In this document: one piece after another, positions 9,854 through 19,234 of the stretch
Layout of the letters: the number at the start of each line of letters is the position of its first letter
Position numbering within the stretch: the stretch's first letter is position 1
Assembly: GCA_963809705.1 (NCBI GenBank)
Contig: CAWEKF010000003.1
Location: forward strand, 35,147-99,146
DNA length: 64,000 nucleotides
Source: an uncultured Solirubrobacterales bacterium
GTDB taxonomy: Bacteria > Actinomycetota > Thermoleophilia > Solirubrobacterales > Solirubrobacteraceae
Direction of reading: 5' to 3'
Made by a program: the position numbers and the translations under genes
Notes under the pieces: generated by a model
Seen by the model: the letters and a program-made list of their open reading frames with translations, nothing else
Told to the model about the DNA's origin: nothing
Databases searched by the model: none

Positions 9854-10705
9854 ATGCCCGAGGTCTCTCCAGCCCTATACCGCGCCGGCTCCGGCGAGCC
9901 GTTGCTCCTGTTGCACGGCTTCACCGGCACCTGGCGCCACTGGCGTCCCCTGCTCGACGAGCTCGCATCTCGCTACGAAGTGATCGCGCCCACGCTCGCC
10001 GGTCACGACGGCGGCCCTCCGTTCGATGTGAGCGGGCCGCTCACGTTCGCCTCGAGCGCCGATCACCTCGAGCGTCATCTGGACGACATCGGCGTGGGCG
10101 CAGCGCACATCGTGGGTAACTCGATGGGCGGCGCGCTTGCGTTGGAACTGGCCAAGCGCGGTCGCGCGCTCTCGGTCGTGGCGCTTGCGCCCGCCGGCGG
10201 CTGGGTGGAAGGGGACGGCGAGGCCAAGCGGCTCGCGCGCCTGTTTGCGCGTCAGCGTCGCATGACGCGTCTGAACGCCAAACGCATACCCCTCTTCATG
10301 GGGCGCCCCGTGAGCAGGCGCTTGGCCTTGCGCGAGGTGATGCGCCACGGCGAGCGGGTCTCCTCCGCGGAGGCCGTCGACCTCGCGCTAACTTCGCTGC
10401 GCTGTCCGATCGCGCCCAAGGCGATAGAGGCGGCTCGGGCCGACAGAGGACTTGCTTTGCACGATCTCGATCGAATCGCCTGTCCCGTCCTGCTCGCCTC
10501 GCCCGAGTTTGATCGCATCCTGCCGGCGGAGCGTCACGCGCCGCGTTACAGGCGCGAGATCCCCGGCGTGGAGTCGCACATGCTCCCAGGCTGTGGCCAT
10601 GTTCCCATGTGGGATGACACGGCCCTGGTTCTCAGCACGATCAGCGAGTTCGTGGACCGCCATGCCGTGGCGTCGCCTGAACTTGCGGGCGTTTCCCAAG
10701 ACTGA
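9854..10705 (+). CDS. Alpha/beta-fold hydrolase
   Basis: LLHGF, GNSMGG nucleophile elbow, GHVPMWD. Confidence 0.9.
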   Translation: MPEVSPALYRAGSGEPLLLLHGFTGTWRHWRPLLDELASRYEVIAPTLAGHDGGPPFDVSGPLTFASSADHLERHLDDIGVGAAHIVGNSMGGALALELAKRGRALSVVALAPAGGWVEGDGEAKRLARLFARQRRMTRLNAKRIPLFMGRPVSRRLALREVMRHGERVSSAEAVDLALTSLRCPIAPKAIEAARADRGLALHDLDRIACPVLLASPEFDRILPAERHAPRYRREIPGVESHMLPGCGHVPMWDDTALVLSTISEFVDRHAVASPELAGVSQD

Positions 10706-10721
10706 AAAGAACGATTCTGTT

Positions 10722-10793
10722 CGGAGTCGTACATGTACGACTCCGCCGGTCGGTACATGTACCGACCGGGCCCTCGCCGCATGCGGCGAGGGC
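10722..10793. repeat. Triple abutting perfect palindromes (24+24+24 bp), each centred on CATG; copy 1
   Basis: CGGAGTCGTACATGTACGACTCCG (10722-10745), CCGGTCGGTACATGTACCGACCGG (10746-10769), GCCCTCGCCGCATGCGGCGAGGGC (10770-10793). Confidence 0.97.
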
Positions 10794-10818
10794 TGCCCAT
10801 AGGAGTGATTACTTCGAG

Positions 10819-11121
10819 TCAGACCGCGGACTGCGGGTGAGCCTCGGCCCAGCGCACGATCTCCGCCGAGCTGGGGATGACCTGACCGTCGTCCAGCACG
10901 AGGATCGGCACCGCACGTTGGCTGCTGAGACGCTCGATCTCGGCGCGGTCCTGGGCGCGTTTGGGCAGCGTCCAGAACTTCAAAGCACCGCCTTTGACCT
11001 GCTTGTGCTCGTACTCATAGCCCGCTCTGTCGAGAGCTTTTGCGGCTCTTCCGCACGGGTGGGCAAACGGTGCGGGAGCGTCGCCCATTGCCTTGCCGAC
11101 CTCGCACGTGTAGAGAACCAT
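10819..11121 (-). CDS. Glutaredoxin/GST N-terminal-domain protein
   Basis: VLYTC...HPCGRAAKAL...SQRAVPILVLDDGQVIPSSAEIVRW. Confidence 0.8.
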   Translation of the reverse strand: MVLYTCEVGKAMGDAPAPFAHPCGRAAKALDRAGYEYEHKQVKGGALKFWTLPKRAQDRAEIERLSSQRAVPILVLDDGQVIPSSAEIVRWAEAHPQSAV

Positions 11122-11128
11122 CGCCAAC

Positions 11129-12157
11129 CTATCTGCGTCGCGTCGCCGGGTCCAGGGCGGGGTTGGCCCAACCGGCGTCGGTCGGGTTGACCGTCTGTCC
11201 GGGCGCCACGATCTCGTCGATACGGTCGAGCACGGCATCGTCGAGCTCGATCTCCGCCGCGCCCACCTGCGACTCCAGGTGCTCGAGCGTGCGCGGCCCA
11301 ATGATCGCCGCGGTGACCGCCGGGTGGCGGATCACGAACGCCAAGGCCATATGGACCAGGCTGATGCCGGCCTCCTCGGCGAGCTGTGCCAGCGCGTCGG
11401 CGGCCTCGAGCTTCGCCTGGTTGGCCGGGATCGACAGGTCATAGCGCTGGGGGATCATCGCCGAGCGGCGCGATGTCAGGTCGTCGGAGCCCTTGCGCCA
11501 GCGCCCCGACAGCCATCCGCCGGCCAGCGGGCTCCAGGGGATCGCGCCCATGCCGAATTCGCGACACGTCGGCAGCACGTCGGCCTCGATCCCGCGCGCC
11601 AGGATCGAATAGGGCGGCTGCTCGCACACGAAGCGCGCATGGCCTCTGTCGCGGGCGACCCATTGCGCCTTGACGATCTGCGCCGCCGGGTAGGTGGAGG
11701 AGCCGATGTAGCGCACCTTGCCCTGCGCCACCAGGTCGCTGAGCGCGCCCAGCGTCTCGTCATGGTCGGTCCAAGGGTCCCAGCGGTGGACTTGGTAGAG
11801 GTCGATCCAATCCGTCTGCAGTCGCTTCAGGGAAGCCTCGACCTCGCGGAAGATCCAGCGCCGCGAGTTGCCTGCCTCGTTTGGATCGTCGCCCATTGTG
11901 CCGTGGAACTTGGTGGCCAGCACCACGTTCTCGCGCTTGCCGCCCGCCAGTGCCTTGCCCACGATCTGCTCGGACTCCCCGCGAGAGTACACGTCCGCGG
12001 TGTCTATGAAGTTGATTCCGGCGTCGAGCGCTGTGTGGATGATCTTGATCGAGGCGTCGTGGTCGGTCTCGCCCCAGGCGCCGAACATCATCGCGCCAAG
12101 GCAAAGCGGGCTGACGCGCACGCCGGTGCGGCCCAGGGTTCGCTGCTGCATGCCCAC
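11129..12157 (-). CDS. Aldo/keto reductase
   Basis: LGRTGVRVSPLCLGAM, FIDTADVY, IDLYQVH, PWSPLAGG. Confidence 0.95.
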   Translation of the reverse strand: MGMQQRTLGRTGVRVSPLCLGAMMFGAWGETDHDASIKIIHTALDAGINFIDTADVYSRGESEQIVGKALAGGKRENVVLATKFHGTMGDDPNEAGNSRRWIFREVEASLKRLQTDWIDLYQVHRWDPWTDHDETLGALSDLVAQGKVRYIGSSTYPAAQIVKAQWVARDRGHARFVCEQPPYSILARGIEADVLPTCREFGMGAIPWSPLAGGWLSGRWRKGSDDLTSRRSAMIPQRYDLSIPANQAKLEAADALAQLAEEAGISLVHMALAFVIRHPAVTAAIIGPRTLEHLESQVGAAEIELDDAVLDRIDEIVAPGQTVNPTDAGWANPALDPATRRR

Positions 12158-12184
12158 ACCGTAGCGACACGCGGCCGCGCCTGC

Positions 12185-12859
12185 TCATTCCACCGTGAGC
12201 GTCGCTTTCATGCCCTTGGCGGCGTGGCCCGGGAGCGAGCAGAACAGGGTGTAGCTGCCCGGCTTGAGATTCACGGTCAAGCTCAGATGGTCGTTCGACG
12301 GCGTGTTGGGGAGCGAGCCCACCACTTCTCCTTCGCTGCCTTCGGCGGCGTTCAGGTTGTGTTCGTCCTGGCCGTGGTTGACGAATTCGATGATCGTCCT
12401 GCCAGCCGGCACGCTCGAGCGCGATAGGACGAAGCGGAAGCCTTCGCTGTCTTCGGCTGTGACCTCGACGTGAGCAGGCGCCGGCGTGGCCGGAGATTTG
12501 ACGGGCACGGCTTTTTCCGACACGCCGGGCTCGGCCGGGCTGGAGCCGGCGGTCGATCCGGGTGTGGATGCTGTCGGGACAGCAGCTCCCGCCGCGCCCT
12601 GACTCCGATTCTCGCCTTGGCCGTTGGCGGCCTGCGTGAAGGGCTTTGCGCGAGTGCGCGAGCGGCGCTCGTGTCGGGAGACCTTCTTGGAGCGCGTCGC
12701 CTGGCAGCGGTGGCGTCTGTTGCGATGGCATGTCCGCCTGTCGCTCGCAAACCGGTGTCGCGGGGTGGACGACGGCGCCGCGAAGGCGATCGCGACAAAA
12801 GCGCCACATACGGCGCACAGGGCGCCCACGAGCAGCAACGATCGCCGGGCGCCGCCCAT
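12185..12859 (-). CDS. Secreted cupredoxin (plastocyanin/azurin-like) protein
   Basis: Signal peptide; type-1 Cu ligands EHN...FCSLPGHAAKGM. Confidence 0.85.
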   Translation of the reverse strand: MGGARRSLLLVGALCAVCGAFVAIAFAAPSSTPRHRFASDRRTCHRNRRHRCQATRSKKVSRHERRSRTRAKPFTQAANGQGENRSQGAAGAAVPTASTPGSTAGSSPAEPGVSEKAVPVKSPATPAPAHVEVTAEDSEGFRFVLSRSSVPAGRTIIEFVNHGQDEHNLNAAEGSEGEVVGSLPNTPSNDHLSLTVNLKPGSYTLFCSLPGHAAKGMKATLTVE

Positions 12860-12860
12860 C

Positions 12861-14243
12861 TCAACGCACCAGCACGGGCCGTTCGAACAGCGACGCTTCG
12901 GGGATGATCGGGCCCGCTTCGGTCTGAAACCACTGCTCCAGCAGCGAGCAGTACATGGCTCTGAAGTCCGACGTGTTGAGCAGGTTTTCGTTGACGTCCA
13001 GTTTGCTCAGGCCCGGGAATTCACCCACCATCTTCCCGGCGGCGCGGCTGCCGATCAGGAATGCCAGGCCACCCGCGCCGTGGTCGGTGCCGGAGCCGTT
13101 TTCCTGCGGACGGCGGCCGAACTCAGACCACAACTGGATCAGAACCCGCTGGTCGAGTTCGCGCGCTTCCAGGTCGCGCTGGAAGGCGAGGAGCGCGCTC
13201 ACCGTCTGTTCGAGGTTTGTGCTCAGCGTGTTGGCCTCGTCGGAATGGGTGTCATAGGAGCCGACCGCGTTCAACGAGGCGCACTTGATCGGCATGCCCG
13301 TGTGCAGCATCGCCGCAAGTACCGCCAGCCGTTCAGCGAATTCGCCATTTGGATAGGGGACGGCCGATTTGTCGCCCGATTCCTTCTCGGACTGCACGAA
13401 GCCCGCCATCTGTTCGAGCACCAGGCCCGTGTCATAGGAGGCTGCGCGAGCCTGGGCGTAAGCGGGCGTGGGCGCCGCGAGGGCGCCCAACGCGCCGAAG
13501 GTTTCCAGCGCCGGTCCGCTCACCGGTTCGCCCAGGCCGTTAGCCCACATCGTGTAGTCGGCGGGCGAGGAGACCGCCGCCACAGGCATCTTCGCCGTGG
13601 CGAGCGCCGGCGCCAGCGAGTAGTCGAGCGAAAGTCCCTGCAGCGGGTTGTTCGGTTCGCCGACCAGGTCCAGGTAGCGCCCCATCCAGCCCGAGCGCGC
13701 TTGCGCGTCGAGCTGTCCGACCTCCCAGTAGTGGCGGCTTGTGAAGTGGCTCTCGTCGGCGGGCTGGTAGCCGATCGCGGGGAAGGTCGTGACCTTGCCT
13801 TCTTCGTGCAGTTCGGCCAAGCCACCGGCGGCCGGGTGCCACATCAGGCTCTCGTCCTCGCTGAAGGGCTTGCCTGTCCCCTCGGCGAGGCCCAACGCCG
13901 GGCGCAGTTCCCTGTACTTGGCTTCCCCCACGGGGGCGAGCACTGACAGGGCGTCCCAGCCGCCTTCCATGAAGATCGACACGAGCACCGGCGGTTCTGT
14001 CCCGGAAGCGGCCATGGCCTGGGCGATGCCCTCTTCGAAGTGGCGCGGGCTGAGCATCGAAGCGCCATAGACAGACAGGGCGGCTCCTGCTGAGCGCAGC
14101 AGGAACGTGCGCCGGTCAAGGCCCGTGCCGGCCGGCAGTGGCATTCCCGGCTCGATCCCGGGCAGGCCCTTGCCAGCGGCGGCGGCGCCGCGACGCAAGA
14201 GCTGCGAGCGGGTGAAATCGTTGCACGCGCAGCTCTTGGCCAC
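12861..14243 (-). CDS. DUF1501 family protein, Tat-like signal
   Basis: LDRRTFL, GGWDALS, SHFTSRHYW, YDTHS, SEFGRRPQENGSGTDHG. Confidence 0.9.
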   Translation of the reverse strand: MAKSCACNDFTRSQLLRRGAAAAGKGLPGIEPGMPLPAGTGLDRRTFLLRSAGAALSVYGASMLSPRHFEEGIAQAMAASGTEPPVLVSIFMEGGWDALSVLAPVGEAKYRELRPALGLAEGTGKPFSEDESLMWHPAAGGLAELHEEGKVTTFPAIGYQPADESHFTSRHYWEVGQLDAQARSGWMGRYLDLVGEPNNPLQGLSLDYSLAPALATAKMPVAAVSSPADYTMWANGLGEPVSGPALETFGALGALAAPTPAYAQARAASYDTGLVLEQMAGFVQSEKESGDKSAVPYPNGEFAERLAVLAAMLHTGMPIKCASLNAVGSYDTHSDEANTLSTNLEQTVSALLAFQRDLEARELDQRVLIQLWSEFGRRPQENGSGTDHGAGGLAFLIGSRAAGKMVGEFPGLSKLDVNENLLNTSDFRAMYCSLLEQWFQTEAGPIIPEASLFERPVLVR

Positions 14244-14282
14244 GATCAGCTCTCCCTCGCGACAGTGGTTTGCGTGGACAAG

Positions 14283-15863
14283 TCAGCTCACCTGCATATC
14301 GGGGGCGGTGGCGATCAACATGCGCAGCGCGTTCTGGCGCATCGCCCTGAAGGGGCTCTGCTCCCATTCGGCGAGCGGTTCCTTCAAACAGGATTGGGCA
14401 AAGGCGGCGATGCACTGCTCCGATTCCCCTGAGAGCGGCGGGTTGGCCCAGTAGGCGAGCGCGCTCGACAGCGCTTCTGCCGGATTCTCCGTGGTGCTGT
14501 ATTCCGGCTGGCCTTCCGGTGGCCACGGGTTCGGGTAGGTCTCCGAGGTCACATAGCTGGCCATTTCCCAGCGCGCTTTGGCGGTCGAGGTGTCGAGCCA
14601 GCGGGTGAAATCCCAGCCGGAGACGTTGGGGGGATAGAACAACTGCTGGCCCGCATTGGCCGACAGCCAAGTCCACGAAGTCGTGTCGATCGGGCGCCCG
14701 ATCGAGCGCAGCAGCCCCGCGTTGTAGACGACGGGCGGCGTCAGGAGCTCGGGGCCTTCGTAGAAGTCGGGGTGCTGCAAGATCGCCTCGACTACGGCCC
14801 GAATGCTGTAGTCCGAGTCCACGTACAACCCTTGCAACGAAGCCAGCGTGGCTTCGTCCGGGGTGCTTGGAATGAAGTAGCCCCACAGCTTGGTGACGAA
14901 GAACGAGGCGTGCAGCGGATGTTCGACGCACAGGCGCACGGCGTCTTCCCAGTCCCAATTGCCCGTCTTGCCGAACACGGTCTTTTCGTGTTTGTCGTGG
15001 CGGGCGGTGTCGAATTCGAATTCGGTTAGCCCTTCCTGCGAGGACCATTCCGCGGTCCATCCCGTCAGCGCGCGGGCCATTTCGCGCACGTCGTCCTCGG
15101 TGTACGCGCCGCGGTCGGCGCCCAGCGAGAACAGCTCCATCATCTCGCGGGCGTAGTTCTCGTTCGGTTCGCTCTTCTCGTTGTAGATCCCGTCGAGGAA
15201 CACAAGCATCGCCGGGTTCGAGGTGACGGCCACAAACAGGTCGTGGAAGCTGCCCAGCGCCATGCTGCGAAAGAGTTCGTTCTGTTCGAGCATCATCCGC
15301 TGGTTGTTCACCTTTTCGTTGGAATTGGCAAACCAGTCGTGCCAGATGAAGGTCATCCGCTCGACCAACTGCTGGTCGGAGCGCACCATGCGATCCAGCC
15401 ACCAGCAGTGATCTTGACCCCAGGCGTTGTCCGGATCCAGGGGATTGCCGTCTTCGTCGACCGGTTCCGGACCGGTGAGCGTGGCCGCGCCGGAAGGGCG
15501 GGTGAGGCCGAAGACGACGTCCTGCAACGGTTGGCCGGCCAGCGCCTCGGCCTGACCAGGTGTCGGCCCAAAGCCGGCACGCCAAAGCAGGCGATGGGCT
15601 TGCGCGAGGCTGATCGGCGGGGAGCCGACCGACGGGGCTGGGGCGGGGGAGGGAGCGGGTGGAGCGACGGGTGCGACCGGTAGTGCGATCCCAATCGTGC
15701 CGTGTGGCGCCGAGCGATGCGCCGGCTTGCGGTGCTTGTGCTTCTTCTTCTTGTGCTTGTGGCGCTTGGCGTGCTGCTTGGCGCGTTTGCGCTGCTCCTC
15801 ACGACCGGCGTGTGAGCCGGCAGTCTGTCCTGCCCGTTTCTTGGTCGTGAAGATCGTCGTCAT
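14283..15863 (-). CDS. DUF1800 family protein
   Basis: LLWRAGFG, ERMTFIWHDWFA, PAMLVFLD, PNENYAREMMELFSLG, PPNVSGW. Confidence 0.9.
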   Translation of the reverse strand: MTTIFTTKKRAGQTAGSHAGREEQRKRAKQHAKRHKHKKKKHKHRKPAHRSAPHGTIGIALPVAPVAPPAPSPAPAPSVGSPPISLAQAHRLLWRAGFGPTPGQAEALAGQPLQDVVFGLTRPSGAATLTGPEPVDEDGNPLDPDNAWGQDHCWWLDRMVRSDQQLVERMTFIWHDWFANSNEKVNNQRMMLEQNELFRSMALGSFHDLFVAVTSNPAMLVFLDGIYNEKSEPNENYAREMMELFSLGADRGAYTEDDVREMARALTGWTAEWSSQEGLTEFEFDTARHDKHEKTVFGKTGNWDWEDAVRLCVEHPLHASFFVTKLWGYFIPSTPDEATLASLQGLYVDSDYSIRAVVEAILQHPDFYEGPELLTPPVVYNAGLLRSIGRPIDTTSWTWLSANAGQQLFYPPNVSGWDFTRWLDTSTAKARWEMASYVTSETYPNPWPPEGQPEYSTTENPAEALSSALAYWANPPLSGESEQCIAAFAQSCLKEPLAEWEQSPFRAMRQNALRMLIATAPDMQVS

Positions 15864-15970
15864 CGAGCCGCCGGCGCCCCGCGGATCGGGCCTCTGCAGT
15901 GCTTCGACCGGGCGGGCGCGATGTCGCGGCCTTCTGGTGCTTGATCGACGGATGTCCTACCGTCATCCTC

Positions 15971-16429
15971 GTGTCTGATCCTCGCCTCGACTTGCGGGCG
16001 CTACGCGTGCGCGTAGTCGGCCACGTCCAAGGAGTCGGATTCCGCGACGCGGTCAGGCGTCGAGCGCGCGAGCTGGGCGTCACCGGTTGGGTGCGCAACG
16101 TAGAGGACGGAGGGGTGGCGGTACACGTTGAGGGACCCTCCTCCGCGGTCGAGGAGATCCTCTCATTTCTGCACAAGGGGCCTTCGGGCGCCACGGTCGC
16201 GAAGGTCGAGCCGGAGGAAGTCCCGATCGAGGGCCACGAGCAGTTCGCTGTCCGTGGTGTAAGCGCCGGCGTCTTCATCGTGCAGGAGCACCAGGCGACC
16301 TCCCACCATTTCGACCTGCGCCTGCAGGTCGTCGCCGAGCAGCCCGCCTCGGCGATCAGCGGCCGAACTTTGCAGCAGATCCAAGGATTGGCCTTGTCCC
16401 CAGGGCCAGGTAGCGAGCACTTGAAGTGA
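15971..16429 (+). CDS. Acylphosphatase fused to a truncated LigD phosphoesterase-like segment
   Basis: GHVQGVGFR...GWVRN acylphosphatase signature, then FIVQEHQATSHHFDLRLQV, then unrelated sequence. Confidence 0.75.
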   Translation: MSDPRLDLRALRVRVVGHVQGVGFRDAVRRRARELGVTGWVRNVEDGGVAVHVEGPSSAVEEILSFLHKGPSGATVAKVEPEEVPIEGHEQFAVRGVSAGVFIVQEHQATSHHFDLRLQVVAEQPASAISGRTLQQIQGLALSPGPGSEHLK

Positions 16430-18408
16430 ACACCGTCGCCGCCACTCCCGCCTCTCCGCGCTCCGCGAATCGCCGCCTGGGGGTGACGTTTGGCGGCTTG
16501 ATGCTCGTGATGCTGTTGGCGGCGCTCGATTCGACGATCGTCGCGACGGCCTTGCCGACGATCGTGGGGGACCTCGGCGGGCTGGAGCGCTTGTCTTGGG
16601 TCACGAGCGCCTACCTGCTGGCGCAGACCGCGGTCACGCCGTTGTATGGCAAGCTCGGCGATCAGCTGGGGCGCAAGCGTGTCCTGCAAAGCGCCGTCGT
16701 GTTGTTCTTGGTGGGCTCGGCGTTGTGTGGCCTGGCCCAGTCGATGACCGAGCTGATTGCCTTCCGCGCGGTGCAGGGCCTCGGCGCCGGCGGCTTGATC
16801 GTGCTGGTGCAGGCGACGGTCGGGGACATCGTGTCCCCGCGCGAGCGCGGCCGCTACCAGGGCCTGTTCGGTGCGGTGTTTGGCTTGGCGAGCGTCGCCG
16901 GTCCCCTGCTCGGGGGAGTGATCGTCGAGCACCTTTCCTGGCGCTGGATCTTTTATGTCAACCTACCGATCGGCCTGCTTGCTTTGGGGGTGATCGCCGC
17001 CACGCTGCCTGCGACGAGCGTGCGCAGCCGGCCCGCGATCGACTATCTCGGCGCGGGCGTGCTTGCGGCGGCGCTCAGCGCGATCGTCCTGGTCGCCAGC
17101 CTCGGCGGCACGACGTGGGCCTGGGGCTCGGGCCAGACGGTCTTGGTAGCGATTGTCGGAGTGGGGCTGCTCGTTGTGTTTCTGGCCGTCGAGCGGCATG
17201 CGCGCGAGCCCGTTCTGCCGATTGCTGTCCTGCGCGACGAGGTGTTCCGCATCGCCGGTCTGCTCTCGTTGATCGTCGGCTTCGCGCTGTTCGGGTCGGT
17301 CACGTTCCTGCCTTTGTTCTTTCAGACCGTGTTTCACTCGAGCCCGACGGGGGCGGGCCTGCGTTTGATCCCGTTGATGGGCGGCTTGGTACTCACTTCG
17401 GTCGTCTCGGGCCGGGTGATTTCTCGCACCGGCCGCTACCGGGCGTTCCCGATAGCGGGCACGGCGACGATGACTGTCGGCCTGTTGCTGCTCTCGCGCC
17501 TGAATGTCGGCACGAGCTCGATCGCGGCTGACGCGTACCTGCTCGTGCTGGGGCTTGGTCTGGGCATGGTCATGCAGGTGCTGGTCTTGGCGGTGCAGAA
17601 CGCGGTCGACTACTCGGTGCTTGGCGCCGCCACCTCCGGCGTGACGCTGGCGCGCGGTATCGGCGGCTCGATTGGCGCGGCGGTGTTCGGGACGATCTTC
17701 TCCAGCCGCCTGCGCAGCGAGCTGCACGACGTGCTCAGCGGCGCGCTCGGAGCCCAGGTCACCGGCGGCGCCCGTCTCACGGGTGCGCAGGTGGCGAGCC
17801 TGCCGGCCGCGGCCAGGCTCGCCTATGAGAACGCCTATGTGCACGCCCTGAGACCTGTGTTCCTTGTCGCCGCCGGCGTCGGTGCGATCGGGTTCGTGTT
17901 GGCCCTGCGCTTGCGCGAGCGCCCCTTGCGCGCGACCGCGTCCACCAGCCAGGGCTTGGACGACGCCCTGGCGGCGCCCAAGAGCCCCAGTTCGCTGGCC
18001 GAACTGGACCGCGCACTCGGAGTGCTGGTGAGCCGCGAGGACCGGCGCGCCTTCAACGAGCGGGTGGGGGCGCGCGCCAGCGTGGATCTCAGCTCGGGAG
18101 CGATCTGGGCGCTCGTCCGCTTCGACAGCTATGGCATCGACGGTACGCGCGATATGGCCCAGGAGCAGGCGGTCGAGGACGAGCGCGTGGCAGCGGTCGA
18201 AGCGGAGCTGCGCGAGCGCGGCCTCGTCGTGGAGGACAACGGCGAGACCAAGCTCTCGCCGGCCGGCCGTGCGATGGCCGACCAGCTGCTGAGCGCTCGC
18301 CGCGAGGAGCTAAGCACAATGTTGGCCGACCACAGCACCCAGCGAGTGCCAGAGGTCCAACAGCTCTTGGAGAAGCTCTGTGTGGAGCTCGCCGGCCAGC
18401 GACCGTGA
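16426..18408 (+). CDS. DHA2/EmrB-type MFS transporter with C-terminal MarR-like extension
   Basis: LDSTIVATALPTI, GKLGDQLGRK, WRWIFYVNLPIG; soluble tail LRERGLV...LSPAGR. Confidence 0.92.
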   Translation: MNTVAATPASPRSANRRLGVTFGGLMLVMLLAALDSTIVATALPTIVGDLGGLERLSWVTSAYLLAQTAVTPLYGKLGDQLGRKRVLQSAVVLFLVGSALCGLAQSMTELIAFRAVQGLGAGGLIVLVQATVGDIVSPRERGRYQGLFGAVFGLASVAGPLLGGVIVEHLSWRWIFYVNLPIGLLALGVIAATLPATSVRSRPAIDYLGAGVLAAALSAIVLVASLGGTTWAWGSGQTVLVAIVGVGLLVVFLAVERHAREPVLPIAVLRDEVFRIAGLLSLIVGFALFGSVTFLPLFFQTVFHSSPTGAGLRLIPLMGGLVLTSVVSGRVISRTGRYRAFPIAGTATMTVGLLLLSRLNVGTSSIAADAYLLVLGLGLGMVMQVLVLAVQNAVDYSVLGAATSGVTLARGIGGSIGAAVFGTIFSSRLRSELHDVLSGALGAQVTGGARLTGAQVASLPAAARLAYENAYVHALRPVFLVAAGVGAIGFVLALRLRERPLRATASTSQGLDDALAAPKSPSSLAELDRALGVLVSREDRRAFNERVGARASVDLSSGAIWALVRFDSYGIDGTRDMAQEQAVEDERVAAVEAELRERGLVVEDNGETKLSPAGRAMADQLLSARREELSTMLADHSTQRVPEVQQLLEKLCVELAGQRP

Positions 18409-18453
18409 GCCACACGGTGGTCGTGGCCTCACGATCGTCGTAAAGCCATGCGG

Positions 18454-19173
18454 TTAGCGATGAACGCGGCTCGACGGTCCAGCGGCTGCGAGCACGTAGG
18501 CGCCAAAACTCACAGCGCCCGCTCCCGCGGCGACCGCGAGTGGCAAGCCGAGATTGTGCTTCTCCAGCAGCGCGCCGATGAACGCGCCCAGCAGCATTGC
18601 CGTCACCGCAGACAATCGCCGTGCCGACTGACCCACCTTGGCCAGGCCACCGGCCGCCGTGTCGGCGGCGATGCCGGTGAGGGTGAGTGTGAGCACGGTC
18701 GTCGTCAGATCGGGCACCGCCAGCTTGCGCACGATCGCGTTGCGCATGCCCATCGCCAAGGCAACCATTGCGATGATCGCGTAGGCGCTGCCCGAGTAGA
18801 TCTTTACGTGCGCCGCCCACGCGACCGTCGCCGCGAGCGTCAAGAGCGCGACCTCGCTGCCGATGCCGAGCAGGACGACTCGCTCATGCTTGGCGGCGAT
18901 GCCGGTGCCGAGTCGCCCGCCGAGGCTCGCCCCGAGCAGGAACGCACCGAGTGAGACCAGGGGCGCGACGACCGGCAGTCCGCCGGCGTTTGCCAGGCCA
19001 AAACCGAGCAGCACCACGTTGCCGGTCATGTTCGCCGTGAAGACATGGCCCAGGCCGAGATAGCTGGCCGCGTCGATCAGGCCCGTGGTGAGCGTCAGCG
19101 CCAGCAAGACCGGCGGGAGGCGCCGATCGTCCCTGGGCGATGGCTTACCGTCCCGCGCGCTCTCATCAGCCAT
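18454..19173 (-). CDS. YoaK/DUF1275 membrane protein
   Basis: GLIDAASYLGLGHVFTANMTGN, AMGMRNA, TTTVLTLTLT. Confidence 0.9.
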   Translation of the reverse strand: MADESARDGKPSPRDDRRLPPVLLALTLTTGLIDAASYLGLGHVFTANMTGNVVLLGFGLANAGGLPVVAPLVSLGAFLLGASLGGRLGTGIAAKHERVVLLGIGSEVALLTLAATVAWAAHVKIYSGSAYAIIAMVALAMGMRNAIVRKLAVPDLTTTVLTLTLTGIAADTAAGGLAKVGQSARRLSAVTAMLLGAFIGALLEKHNLGLPLAVAAGAGAVSFGAYVLAAAGPSSRVHR

Positions 19174-19234
19174 ACCGGTGACTTCGACACTGGTACCGAG
19201 AAACCTCGAACCGGGGCCACGATCGGGCAAGCCA

